From contig NW_021836883.1 of NCBI RefSeq assembly GCF_006345805.1, positions 1-37,177 on the forward strand: 37,177 nt of DNA, given 5' to 3'. The notes under the pieces are model-generated. The model had not been told where the DNA came from. It did no database searches and worked only from the letters and a program-made list of their open reading frames with translations. The DNA comes from Octopus sinensis. Lineage: Eukaryota. This document shows positions 11,716 to 23,206 of this stretch, piece by piece; positions within the stretch are counted from its first letter, which is position 1, and each line of letters opens with the position of its first letter. Both the position numbers and the translations under genes were made by a program.

Positions 11716-12356
11716 AAAAGCAACAACACCAATACGTATCTTTTCTCCCTCCACCGCCACATATCAACCGTTACTCAGCCATAAAACTTTAAATCTTTCA
11801 ACATGATATAGTTCCTTCTTTTTTCTTTTCCTTCTTCCTTATAGTTTTTTTCCCCTTTATTTCTTTTTTTTTTTATCCAATTCCAGTCGGTCCGCCATTT
11901 TAAATACCCTGCAACAAGGAACAACATTCAAATTAGCGTGTGTTTATGTGTGTGTGTGTGTCTGTCTGTCTACGTCTGTGTGTGTGTGTATGAGTGTGTG
12001 TTTGTGTATGAGTGTGTGTTTGTGTGTGTGTGTGTGTGCCACTTAACTGGCATACCGTTTCAGATCTCGGCTAAAGTATCCACCTAGAACTTTCTTCAAA
12101 TATAAAATAGTTTTATCTACTTAATCGTCCTTAAACTTTCTATAGGCGTTCGTTTCAGTTTATACATTCCTGTTATTGATGTTCTCGTACACGTTCTTGT
12201 TTCGATAGAGTGAGCTTTGAGATCTAATAGACATGAGATCAAAGGCATTCCATCCATGGCCACGGGCTTCATCACCCACCACGATAGTAAACGTGTAATT
12301 TAAAGGAGATATAACTGCTAGTTTTAACGATTATATGAAGGCTCTTGTGTAGCTGT

Positions 12357-12498
12357 CTTCTTCTTCTTCTTCTTCTTCTTCTTCTTCTTCTTCTTCTTCT
12401 TCTTCTTCTTCTTCTTCTTCTTCTTCTTCTTCTTCTTCTTCTTCTTCTTCTTCTTCTTCTTCTTCTTCTTCTTCTTCTTCTTCTTCTTCTTCTTCTTC
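12357..12498. repeat. Perfect (CTT)n, about 47 units
   Basis: Direct reading; gives the poly-Lys and poly-Leu ORFs. Confidence 0.97.
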
Positions 12499-12957
12499 CA
12501 ATCAGGTCTCACGCTATTAGCCACAAAGAATAATATCTAATTCGAGCCTACTCTAGGCTACTAAGAATGCGTGCGGCGACTTGAAGATAGACTGGCGATA
12601 GACTGGCTGTTGTACGGGCGCGAAAGCTACGTTGTTATCCTCATTCCGTAAACGGTGGCTTTTAACGGGTGGAGAGCTGAACCATCCTGGGGTTCAGAGG
12701 ATTCGCAATCTAGACTAGGGTCTGAAAGTTTACCACACTATAGTGGGTTACACCATGGTTCCTCTGCTTTGTGGCATAAGTAGGAAGTAAGTTGTGAGTT
12801 CGAAATCCACGTTTAACTTAGAGAATGCTGTGAGAATCTACTTCCAATGCAGTATGTTGTTTGCAAACGGGTCCATAGTGATGATCTTATGACCCAATAG
12901 GGTTCATTGTTCACCCCTAGATGTGGCAAAAATCTATACTGTGACAAGCATTATATA

Positions 12958-13125
12958 GGCACTGGAATGGCTGTGTGGTAAGAAGCTTGCTTCCCAACCA
13001 CATGGTTGTGCGTTCAGTCCTACTGCGTGGCATGTTGGATAAGTCCCTTCTATTAAAGCCTTCGGGCCGACCAAAACTCTGCGAGTAGATTTGTTAGGTG
13101 GAAACTGAAAGAATCCCGTCGTATA
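12958..13125 (+). mobile_element. SINE family A, diverged 5' half
   Basis: ggctgtgtggtaagaagcttgcttcccaaccacatgg...ggaaactgaaagaatcccgtcgtatat. Confidence 0.8.
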
Positions 13126-13346
13126 TGTGTGTATTTATGTAATATATATATATATATATATATTATATAAAAGGGCTTAGTAAAATAATTACTTTGCCGC
13201 ATACTGAACTCATTAGAAATAGCAGCTAAAAACTTTTTTAAAGCTATTTCTAATACTTAAAGAAAATCTCTCTCATATAGTGTTTGCTTAATTCAACTCA
13301 CAAAAGTTTGGGGTAAGGACATCGAAAAATCAAATGCTAAGTTATT

Positions 13347-13398
13347 TGAGAACGTACGTTTCAAGATTAGTCAAAACAACACTTCTATCATCAGCTCA
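13347..13398 (-). ncRNA. Type I hammerhead ribozyme fold, canonical core
   Basis: Minus strand: [UGAG] CUGAUGA [stem II UAGA-AGU..ACU-AA-UCUU] GAA [ACGUACGU palindromic stem III] U / [CUCA]; GUU triplet. The closing pair of stem II is U.U, so it is possibly decayed. Confidence 0.75.
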
Positions 13399-13612
13399 GA
13401 AATTCTTGGTTTGGATTTGGAAACACTGAAAAATTAGGAACATACCCTTTCGAAGATCTGCTCGTAACTAACAGTGCCAACAAATTCAAATACGCAAGCG
13501 AAGAATCTCTGTTCTCCCCTTTCACCAGCGTGGGTTAAAACATCAAACACTATGCTTATTTCGGTAAAATCCGAAGCATTAATCAGAGGGAGATTAATAT
13601 ATATATATATAT

Positions 13613-13769
13613 GGGCATCTTGGCGTTAGGAAGGGCATCCAGCTATCCAGCTGTAGAAACTCTTCCAGATCATATTGGAGCCTGGTGCAGCCATCTGGTT
13701 CGCCAGTCCTCAGTCAAATCGACCAACCCATGCTAGCATGGAAAGCGGACGTTAAATGATGATGATGAT
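13613..13769 (+). mobile_element. 3' tail of a LINE or LINE-dependent element ending in (GAT)n
   Basis: ttggcgttaggaagggcatccagc...aacccatgctagcatggaaagcggacgttaaatgatgatgatga; 5'-truncated with a trinucleotide tail. An RTE-type assignment is from recollection only. Confidence 0.65.
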
Positions 13770-13779
13770 ATATATATGG

Positions 13780-13990
13780 GGGCGCGTCTTTGTGTCTGTG
13801 TCGTTCCCGCCACTGCTTAACAACCGGTGTTGGTGTGTTTAGTATCCGTAATTTAGTGGTTCGGCAAAAGAAACTGATAAGATAAGTACCAGGCATTCAA
13901 AAGTATGTATTGAGGCCGATTCATTCGCCTAAGATCTTTCAAGGCAGAGCCCTAGCCTCACCGCAGTCATTTAAGCTGTTAGAACCACTA
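13780..13990 (+). mobile_element. Old SINE family A 3' half
   Basis: cttaacaaccggtgttggtgtgttta..ggttcggcaaaagaaactgataagataagtaccagg aligns with about 14375-14460. Confidence 0.7.
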
Positions 13991-14027
13991 CAACCACTAT
14001 CATTATTATTATTACGTAAGACGAATA

Positions 14028-14314
14028 CAGTAATCCCTCGACTATCGCGGGTGTTACGTTCCAAAACCCACGCGATAGATGAAAATCCGTGAAGTAGAAA
14101 CAGTACAGTACTGTATATTTTTTTTAATATTTTTATAATTTGTATATATTTAGGCGCAGGAGTGGCTGTGTGGTAAGTAGCTTGCTAACCAACCACATGG
14201 TTCCGGGTTCAGTCCTACTGCGTGGCATCTTGGGCAAGTGTCCTCTGCTATAGCCCCGGGCCGACCAATGCCTTGTGAGTGGATCTGGTAGACGGAAACT
14301 GAAAGAAGCCTTCG

Positions 14315-14345
<31 letters not shown>

Positions 14346-14680
14346 ATGTGTATGTGTTTGTCCCCCTAGAATTGCTTGACAACCGATGCTGGTGTGTTTA
14401 CGTCCCTGTCACTTAGCGGTTCGGCAAAAGAGACCGATAGAATAAGTACTGGTCTTACAAAGAATAAGTCCCGGAGTCGATTTACTCGACTAAAGGCGGT
14501 GCTCCGGCATGGCCGCAGTCAAATGACTGAAACAAGTAAAAAATAGTAAAGAGTAAAGAGTATTTGTTTTATTATAAATGCAAAACAGCACCATATATAA
14601 GCTTAAATACTAAACCGCGATAGGTGAACTATGATAAGTGAACTTCGATATGTGAACCGCGATATGGCGAGTGATTACTG
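14028..14680. mobile_element. Tc1/mariner (pogo/Tigger-like) MITE interrupted by a SINE
   Basis: TA|CAGTAATCCCTCGACTATCGCGG ... CCGCGATATGGCGAGTGATTACTG|TA: imperfect ~24-bp TIR, TA TSD at 14026-14027 and 14681-14682, and subterminal ~13-bp repeats (cgata..tgaa). Confidence 0.85.
14153..14560 (+). mobile_element. SINE family A, full length, nested in the MITE
   Basis: Head ggcgcaggagtggctgtgtggtaag, CORE-like cttgggcaagtg, internal (TA)(TG) microsatellite, tail ..actgaaacaagtaaa..gagtaaagag. Confidence 0.93.
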
Positions 14681-15354
14681 TATATTCAGGATGATGGAGG
14701 AATGACGGTGGTGGTGGTGGTGTAGAGAAATGAGCTGTTAAAATTGCAGCCAGGGATGTTGCGCAAGAGAATTCAATCACTCAGTCACAATATTGATTAT
14801 GAAATCGTGACCCGACCCAACCCAACGTAACCCTTATCAACCGCGTAACACAATCATTATCCGCCACGCTCATTTTTGTCTCTATGTATGTTTTCCTCTC
14901 TCCCACTTTCTGACAGTCAGTCTCTCTCGTACACAAATTCCTCTGCCCTGACTAAGATATCCAATACCAGAGCTCTATCGCTGTACGATACACCTTCATT
15001 CCTTGTAATGGCAAAGACGGGGATGTATCTCGTTTAGCCGTCTATTTGTACAACGTCGAAACAGAGAAGTAGTTGTCAACTGCTTCAGATTGAAAAGATT
15101 CTTTTTGACATGAGTGACGTGTGGTAGTGATGAGGTGAGGCTGGGTAGGGCTTCGGGTGGTGCCGCTTATTTGTTTCTTTATACGTTTATGCCTTTCGTT
15201 ATTTGTTTATTTTCCCGTTCATTCAAAGAATGGTAAAAATCAGACCGCCGCAATCTATCATTCTGATCTGAAACTAAATGATATGAATCGCAGACATAAC
15301 TTGATTACTTTAAAAGTTGCATCTTGAGAAAGAAACGCACGGGCCTCTAAGTGT

Positions 15355-15385
<31 letters not shown>

Positions 15386-15784
15386 TGACTACGTGTTCGT
15401 GCACCTTCTTATTGTGTGTATGCGCGTGCCATTGTGATTGTGTACGTCTTTGTGTGTCTGTCAATGTTAAAATTTGTTTCTTTTCTTTATAAGATGACGC
15501 GAGAAAAGAGGCGAATGGTAGTGCTCACCGTTCTTTCAGATATTTCCAGATCCTTCCAGATCCTTCCAGAGACGTGGGATTGATTAGGTTAATACCAGAG
15601 CTGAACAGCTCAAGCCAAATGAATTCATGAAAAGCGTGGAAAGACAAAGAACCCGGAAGGAGTCGATTTTACAACCCAAGAGTCTGTATCAAGAAGAATT
15701 CCGCTAAATTCAACCAAAGACCAGGTAACTGTGTGACCTTAAACGAAGAGGTGGGTTAAGCCTGCCACTCATGCTGCATAATTG

Positions 15785-15815
<31 letters not shown>

Positions 15816-16781
15816 TGTGTGGTGTGTGTGTGTGTGTGTGTGTGTAATGTGTCCCTCCGTTCATAATTTTTATGGAAAGACCTTCTTTCATTACTGAAAC
15901 ACACGAAGTTATACCTGAGTGGAGCTTGCCTCCAGTTTTCGTAGAAGTGGTCCTGATCATCATTCTTTCTCCCACTGAACTGATTACTGGTATGTATGTA
16001 CCATGTACCTTTTCTTTTACATTGCCAGGGGAACTTCATCTGGTGCTGACAAACCTACAGTATTACAACTGTTTACAACTTAAACAGAAACATAATTTTG
16101 TGCGTGTGTGTGTGTGTGTGTGTGTACAAACACACACAAAAATCTTGAAACGAAATCATTGGAAGCAAAATCCCTTCTGGACGAGATGGATTTTCCTGCC
16201 TTTGACCGATTTCAGTTGTGTCCCAAAATAGTCAGTTCGTGAACGATTGCCGTTCACTAGTCAGCAAGCAGGGAATTCCACGTCTTCAACATGAATTTTC
16301 TTTCGTGAAGCCACCGACTAAATATCTCACTTTTGGAATGGCCGTATTATTGTAAGATTTTGTTCATTATCAATAATTTATCAGTTGAATGGTGACTTGG
16401 ATAATAGAATCTTAAAATGAAAAGGATATTCAAAAACGTGTTTTTTTTTAAAAAAACAGGATGTTTCACGATGTTTCATAAACGAACAGGATGTTCACAA
16501 CCAAAGCTCCTTTGATCGTAATCTATGTCATTTGAGCAGATGTTGAGCTGAACAATTTCTAGTCACATTACAACTTCTCTATAATTTTCTGGTCACAATA
16601 CTCCTTCACTTCTAGTCAACTAAACGCACTACAGTAAACACCTCTTGTTTACGTCTGTTTTCCTGGGTTAAGATCCTGTCAGCGGATAAATTTGCATGTT
16701 AAACACAGTAGTGATAACCTTCTATTAACACTTCCTCTCTGAAGTGATGTGTGTGTGTGTGCGTGTATGTGTGTGTGTGTG

Positions 16782-16831
<50 letters not shown>

Positions 16832-17408
16832 GTGATCGAAAGCTCAGTTAATCTTTCCTTTCCTATTAATATGTATAATATAGATTCTGCTTATACTAAT
16901 TCCTTATACTAGCTAATAACATGAGCATCTACAGCATCAATTGTGCTGCTAGAAACACTAGCCAAATTCCTGGTGTCTTAAAAACGGAAAAACAAACTGA
17001 ATAATGAATACCTAGATACATTGTGTCTGACAAAGACAAATAGTTAGTCACAAGTGAGACATCTTTATCATGTGAGTTAAACAACAACAACAACAACAAC
17101 AACAGACAATATGTAAGTAATTGTTTTGTTAGAGAAAATGAGCGGCTCCACGTTAAATTGAATAAATGATTGCCAACCGTTAATCTACCGAAATTCCGAA
17201 ATTCCATCAGGGACAGGTTGTATGGAATCGCCATTATGCTCCTGTGGGGATTATTCAAAAATCGAATAGCATTATGCTTTATTGCTAAAATTACTAGTCT
17301 GAGTGAGAAAACAGTTTAAAACGTATTTTTAAAATGGCTACTCAGGCCACAGATACAATAGATGTTCAAGGATTTGATTGGTTAAAACACATTACTATGT
17401 AATAAGTA

Positions 17409-17607
17409 TCGGGCCGATTTTCCAGCTTCTCTGGACGGAACACCAGTCCGTCGCAGAATTACTCACGTTTACCAGCTGAGTGGACTGGAGCAACGTGAAA
17501 TGAAGTGTTTTGCTCAAGAATACAATGCATCGCCCGGTCCAGGAATCGAAACCACAATCTTACGATCATATGTACAAGACCTTAACCACTAAGCCATGCA
17601 TCTACAA
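17409..17607 (-). mobile_element. SINE family E (head + CORE-like centre + tail 2)
   Basis: Minus strand head and centre match family D (2369) up to ccactcagctgg, then switch to ctgcgacggactggtgttccgtccag. Confidence 0.85.
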
Positions 17608-18549
17608 ACCATACATAGGATCTTCCAATTCATAGACGCAATAAAACAAGATTTAACAACAAAACCGTTTATCTGTTCCTTCTCTGCACTTCTTACACTT
17701 TTCTTTTACTTCTCTCTAGATTTTGAGCTTTTGTTTTCGTTGATCTTTTTTTGTATAAGGGGTTATATATACACCTTCCTCCGTCTGTTATGGCTTACCA
17801 GATTTTATACGCACGTTTAAACTGATTAAATAAATAAATAACCAAACTTTCATAAATGGAAGGTTGCTTCGTAAACCAACCAAATGAGAACAGTATGAGC
17901 ATGGCTATACATGTGCTACGTACGCATGTGTGCACAGGGAATGCCTGTGCATGAATCTATACGTGTGTATATATATACTTCTATGTATTTGTGGTGGGAT
18001 ATACATTAGTGTATGGGCGTATATAATATAGTAAACGTAGTTTTTGATTGTTGGCACAAGTAAAATAAACTTTTTGTGGGGTTCTGTGAAAGAAACAAAG
18101 AGCAATATTGAGAGATTGCGCTCTGTACGGACTGTGTGTTGACATATCACGTTCACTTCAAACTGCTTCCATACGAACAAACAATAATTTATTATTATAC
18201 AATAGAAGCTAGAAGAACAATAAATTTGCTGTTTTCCGATTGGTGAAGTTACTTTTGTGGTTTGTTTTGTCTGAGTTAAAAGAACTAATAAATTAATGTC
18301 CGCCAATATTTTAGTTGAATTTTGTTCTCTGTGTGTGTGTGTGTGTGAGCGCGCACGTGCGTTTTCACGTATGTACGTGTGAGCGCATGCGCGTGAAGTA
18401 AACAACACTGTTAGGATCTAGCTTTTCTTGCAAACACCAAATCCTCAATACACTCGCAGTTTGCTACTGCATAGTACATATATATGCACATGCATATACA
18501 CATATGTATATGTGTGTGTGTGTGTGTATACATACGTATATGGATGTGT

Positions 18550-18558
18550 GTAACTATG

Positions 18559-18599
<41 letters not shown>

Positions 18600-18613
18600 A
18601 TATATATATATAG

Positions 18614-18671
<58 letters not shown>

Positions 18672-18720
18672 TAGATATAGATATATATATACATTAGTAT
18701 ATGGATGTGTATATGTATAT
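18550..18720. repeat. (TA)n + (GATA)n microsatellites
   Basis: Direct reading. Confidence 0.9.
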
Positions 18721-18725
18721 ATACA

Positions 18726-18825
18726 CACGACGGGCTTCCACACGATTTCCGTCTCCCAGTTTCATGCAGTAGGCATTGACTGGATCGAGGCTATTATAGA
18801 TGACACTTTTACAACGTGACTCACT
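18726..18825 (-). mobile_element. Old SINE family A internal fragment
   Basis: Minus strand gtgtcatctataatagcctcg...gacggaaatcgtgtggaagcccgtcgtgtg. Confidence 0.6.
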
Positions 18826-19161
18826 TTTGCACAAAATCCGAAAATATGTGCCTACAGACAAAATATGTTAGGAAGTACGAATATTAATATTAAAATATAT
18901 AATCAATTTATCGCATTCATGTTGCTATGTTTCAATTTCATTTGCGAAGGAAATAATCTTAAACGTAAAGATTTTCACTCAGAGAAAAAAATATTTGACT
19001 TTATTAGCAATTTGTATATCATATTTAAAGTATATATTGCCTTCTGAACTGCATTATTTGTGTCGAGAAAGCATCGCTTATAGACATAGTGTAAAAAAAA
19101 ATTACAGAAATGCATCAGCATCAAGCGAAAATCGCGCTGCAGCGGAGATAAGCATTACTTA

Positions 19162-19375
19162 CAGGGGTCGGCGAACCGGAGTAAATTACCCAAGTGGAGT
19201 AAAAATAAAACCTACTTTTTACGAACAAGGATTTTCCACACCAATGAACATAAAAACAAAGCAGAGAAATCGATTAGAACCCGAACATTGTGTCCAAATT
19301 GATCTGGCTTCAAAATGCCCCAATTTTGATGTAATTGCAACAAGTATGAAAGAACATTATTTCTCCAAACCCTGA
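19162..19375 (+). mobile_element. hAT (Charlie/Buster-like) remnant: left TIR fused to transposase C-terminus
   Basis: CAGGGGTCGGCGAACC at 19162. Codons 19211-19375 give PTFYEQGFSTPMNIKTKQRNRLEPEHCVQIDLASKCPNFDVIATSMKEHYFSKP*, matching the hATC-type motif E-x-GFS-x-(L/M)-x-x-IKTK-x-R-N/S-RL. Confidence 0.75.
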
Positions 19376-19615
19376 AGTGGAAATTTTCTAGAAATCCTTT
19401 TGTTTCATAATGAGGATATTAATTAATTTTAACTCATTTGCTTTATAATTTTTATATTCATAATTGTTTTCTCCATATAAACAGATTCAATAAACATTCT
19501 GAATTCAAAGAATCTGTGATACGCCAATTGAATGCGAGCTAGCTGTATGTGATTGGTCGGAGATTTGGACAGTACAAGCGTGTATGTGCGCACGCACGCA
19601 ACTGTATATGCATGC

Positions 19616-19656
19616 ACTAGCATTATGACCCGGCGTTACCGGGTCATAGTGCTAGT
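19616..19656. repeat. 41-bp palindrome resembling a Helitron 3' end on both strands
   Basis: ACTAGCATTATGACCCGG-CGTTA-CCGGGTCATAGTGCTAGT: 18-bp arms with one mismatch. Confidence 0.85.
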
Positions 19657-19804
19657 ATCTTATTATATATATTATATATATTATATATTTATATATACAT
19701 ATATATATATATATTATATATATACATACATATATATATATAGATATATATACATACATACATATATATATTATATATTATATATATCTATATATATATA
19801 TATA

Positions 19805-20326
19805 TAATAATAATAAAATTAGGGAATAAATCCAAACTTACAGGGAAAAATCAGATTTAGGATTGAATCCAATTTTATAGTAAAATTTATATTATATTAA
19901 ATTAGAGATAAAACCACTATTAGGCAAATCATACAATGAAAAACTTAAGCCAATACATAAGATTAATTAATTTATATTATTTAATATATATCAAAATTAT
20001 TAAAAAAGATAATTAATATAACATACGATCGTTTCATGGCTGTTCAATTCTTAAAATTTTCGAGTTTCAGTCATTCTTCAGTCATTCTTTAGTCATTCTT
20101 GATAAACCTCGCCAAGTTAAATATTTAAACCACCTGAAGAATGACTGTAACTCGAAAATTTTAAGAATTGAACAGCCATGAAACGATCGTAGTGTTATAT
20201 TAATTATCTTTTTTAATAATTTTGATATATATTTAAATAATATAAATTAATTAATCTTATGTATTGGCTTAAGTTTTTCATTGTATGATTTGCCTAATAG
20301 TGGTTTTATCTCTAATTTAATATAAT
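19805..20326. mobile_element. Hammerhead-bearing element with ~192-bp inverted duplication (Penelope pLTR/retrozyme-like)
   Basis: Arms 19891-20081 and 20134-20326 differ at about 3 positions, with a 52-bp spacer containing a triplicated CAGTCATTCTT; both flanks are (TA)n. Confidence 0.8.
20131..20194 (+). ncRNA. Type I hammerhead ribozyme fold, canonical core
   Basis: [CAC] CUGAAGA [AUGACUGU...ACAGCCAU] GAA [ACGAUCGU palindromic stem III] A / [GUG]; GUA triplet, predicted cut after 20191. The mirror copy at 20021-20081 (-) lacks the 5' strand of stem I. Confidence 0.8.
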
Positions 20327-20662
20327 TATATATATATATATGAATGAAAGAATGGAGTCGAACGAAGATGTTAACAAAATTCCTTTACTCTCAACATATG
20401 TTTCGAAGACAGCATATTTTTATTTCTTGTGGTTGAGAGAGGCTCCTTATCTTTCCTGATGAGAAGATTGCATAATGCACCCTTTATTCCTTCATATATT
20501 ATTCATTCATATACAACACACAAATTTCTACACAAGAACCCGGAGTTTCTACCCTTGACAGGTCGCTTCAACCATGTTTTCTGACGTGAATTTGCTACCC
20601 AGGTTTCGGTTAAACGAATTTTCCATGCTGACGATAAACATAGGATAATTCATTCACCTACT

Positions 20663-20713
<51 letters not shown>

Positions 20714-21084
20714 TAGATATATATATATTATATATAAAATTTTTATATTTATTTATTTCAATGCATATATATTCATATGGGTAACTTTATCTTTTTAAAG
20801 TCTCATTTTGCTGAAGTCATTTCATTTATTATTACATCATCGCTCTGTAAACTAAGCTATTTTTCGTTTTTATTGAGCATATTGCTACATTTTGCCCTCT
20901 CCCCACTCCCAAATATTATCATTATATTTACAATGTCCATACACAAACAAACGCGCGTTCGTGCACACACATGCAAATACAATTAGATACATCTATGTTT
21001 GTATGCATATACACACACATTCACTCACACACACACACGCGCACAAACACACGTATTCATACATGCATATAGTCAGAAAGTCAG

Positions 21085-21130
21085 TCAGACAGACTGACAG
21101 ACAGATAGATAGATAGACAGATAGATAGAT

Positions 21131-21174
<44 letters not shown>

Positions 21175-21235
21175 CATACATACATACATACATACATACA
21201 TACATACATACATAGACAGACAGACAGACATAGAT

Positions 21236-21328
<93 letters not shown>

Positions 21329-21335
21329 TAGACAT
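21085..21335. repeat. (GACA)n/(GATA)n/(TACA)n compound microsatellite
   Basis: Direct reading. Confidence 0.93.
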
Positions 21336-21397
21336 ATACATCATATTCATAGAGACATATATGTGCGTGTGGCCGTGTTTATATATATATATATATA

Positions 21398-21592
21398 ATA
21401 CTTTATTTAAAAGCAGCAGAAATTTAACAAAAGCTGTTACTCGGAGTTTCACGTTCCCGTTTGTCGGACAGTTACTCCGAGTAATAGCTTTTGTTAAATT
21501 TCTGCTGCTTTTAAATAAAGTATATTACTCTACCTCTGGTATTTGAGTACTGTTTTTTCCACCTTGTTTCACATTTATGTGTTTACTCCGAC
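21398..21592. mobile_element. Hammerhead-bearing element with 50-bp inverted duplication (same family as 35472-35618)
   Basis: Arms 21398-21447 and 21474-21523; the extension 21500-21592 matches the reverse complement of 35472-35560; (TA)n on the left and (TATG)n on the right. Confidence 0.8.
21434..21471 (-). ncRNA. Minimal 38-nt type I hammerhead fold, variant core (U4C, G8A)
   Basis: Minus strand: [CUGU] CCGACAA [ACG-GGAA-CGU] GAA [ACU-CCG-AGU] A / [ACAG]. All three stems pair perfectly; G8A is expected to inactivate this copy. Confidence 0.7.
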
Positions 21593-21625
<33 letters not shown>

Positions 21626-21944
21626 TGTATGTATGTATGTATGTATGTATGTATGTATGTATGTATGTATGTATCTATGTATGTATCTGTGAATGTATGT
21701 ATGTAAATATATATATGTATATTTATATACATATACATTTGTGGTGGGGGAAGACGTATGTGTGTGTGTTTGCGCGGGTGTGTTTGTATCTTTTAGAGCG
21801 TACATTTCTTTATACGTATATGTATGTAAATGTTAGTATCTGCCAAATAATGGTGTGTACTTCTATACATGTGCTCATAATCTGTATATCTGCATCTGTC
21901 TATCTCTCTACGCATACACACAAACATTCGTATACACATACATT

Positions 21945-21994
<50 letters not shown>

Positions 21995-22498
21995 CTTTTA
22001 TCTGTTTGTTCATCTACGAAAAAAAAAATAAAATAAACCTTCCAGCATCCCAGCACACCGCCCCAGCCTTCAAAATATGAAGATATTTTAATATATAATA
22101 AATCAATGTGAATTAATCTTGGGCTGATAAAAATCTAACGTCAGAACTGATGAACGAGGTTTGAGAGGGTTCCAGGGAGAAAGAAGGCGTGTGTGTGTGT
22201 GTGTGGGTGTGTGTGTGTTTGGGTGTGTGTGTTTGAACGTGTTGTGTGTGTGTGTGTGCGTGGGTGTGTACGTGTGTACATGTGTGTATACACTTGTATG
22301 CTGCTCTTATTCTGTTTGTGAGAAGACTCTCTGAATGTGCGTCTATGTGTAAGTTCTGCAGTGTGTGGTTGTGTGGGTGTATGTGTGTATGTGAATTTGT
22401 GTGTGTGGGTGGGTGTGCATGCGTGTGTGTGTGTGTGTACGTGTGTACATGTGTGTATATACTTGTGTGCTGCTCTTATTCTGTTTGTGAGAAGAATC

Positions 22499-22760
22499 CA
22501 GTGGTTAGCCCAGTGGTTAGGGTAGCGCACTCGCGGTTGTAGGATCGCGGTTTCGATTCCCGGACCGGGTATTGTGAGTGTTTATTGAGCGAAAACGCCT
22601 CAAGCTCCACGAGGCTCCGGCTGTACTCTTTCACCACAACATTCTCTCATTCTTTCTTCTGTTGGCCAGCGGGGTGGCGCCATTGAAGGCTAAAACAACG
22701 CGAAGCGCATTGTGATCAGCGATGTGTAACAGTATCTGATGGCCTGGTCGGTCACGTGGT

Positions 22761-22768
<8 letters not shown>
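22499..22768 (+). mobile_element. SINE with family C head and centre plus a third tail (tail 3)
   Basis: ccagtggttag duplicated at the 5' end; centre C with a short internal deletion; tail ggccagcggggtggcgccattgaaggctaaaacaacgcgaagcgc...ggtcacgtggtcacgtga. Confidence 0.8.
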
Positions 22769-22800
<32 letters not shown>

Positions 22801-22803
<3 letters not shown>

Positions 22804-23173
22804 CTTTTATTTGTTTCAGTAATTTCACTGCGGCCATGCTGGAGCACTGCCTTTAGTCGAACAAATCCACCCCAGGACTTATTCTTTGTTGTAAGCCTAG
22901 TACTTATTCTGTTGGTCTCTTTTGCCAAAACCGCTAGATTACGGAGACGTAAAGGCACCAATATCGGTTGTCAAGCGATGGTGGGAATACAAACACACAA
23001 ACATATAAACGACAGGCTTCTTTCAGTTTCAGTGTATCAAATTTACCCACAAGGCTTTGGTCCGCCAGAGGCTATAGCAGAAGATACTTGCCCAAGGTGC
23101 CACGCAGCGGGACTGAACCAGGAACCATGCGGTCGATAAGCAAGCTACTTACCACACAGACACTCCTGCTCCT
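22801..23173 (-). mobile_element. SINE family A, full length, diverged
   Basis: Reverse complement aligns with 14153-14560. Confidence 0.9.
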
Positions 23174-23206
23174 ATATATATAAATATATGTTCATATATA
23201 TATTGG

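Noticed and set aside
11475-12533. Poly-Ser, poly-Lys and poly-Leu ORFs
   Set aside because: They are translations of (CTA/CTG)n and (CTT)n repeats.
15872-16231. 119-aa ORF and nearby GT/AG signals
   Set aside because: The donor and acceptor are only about 39 nt apart, the ORF runs through a (GT)n tract, and there is no recognisable domain.
20385-20475. Minus-strand GAAACATATGTT-GAGAG (hammerhead 3' half with palindromic stem III)
   Set aside because: No recognisable CUGANGA or CCGANGA core at the right position; it may be a decayed sixth family but is not supportable.
20590-20640. Minus-strand GAAACCTGGGTA-GCA hammerhead-like 3' half
   Set aside because: No core or stem II upstream.
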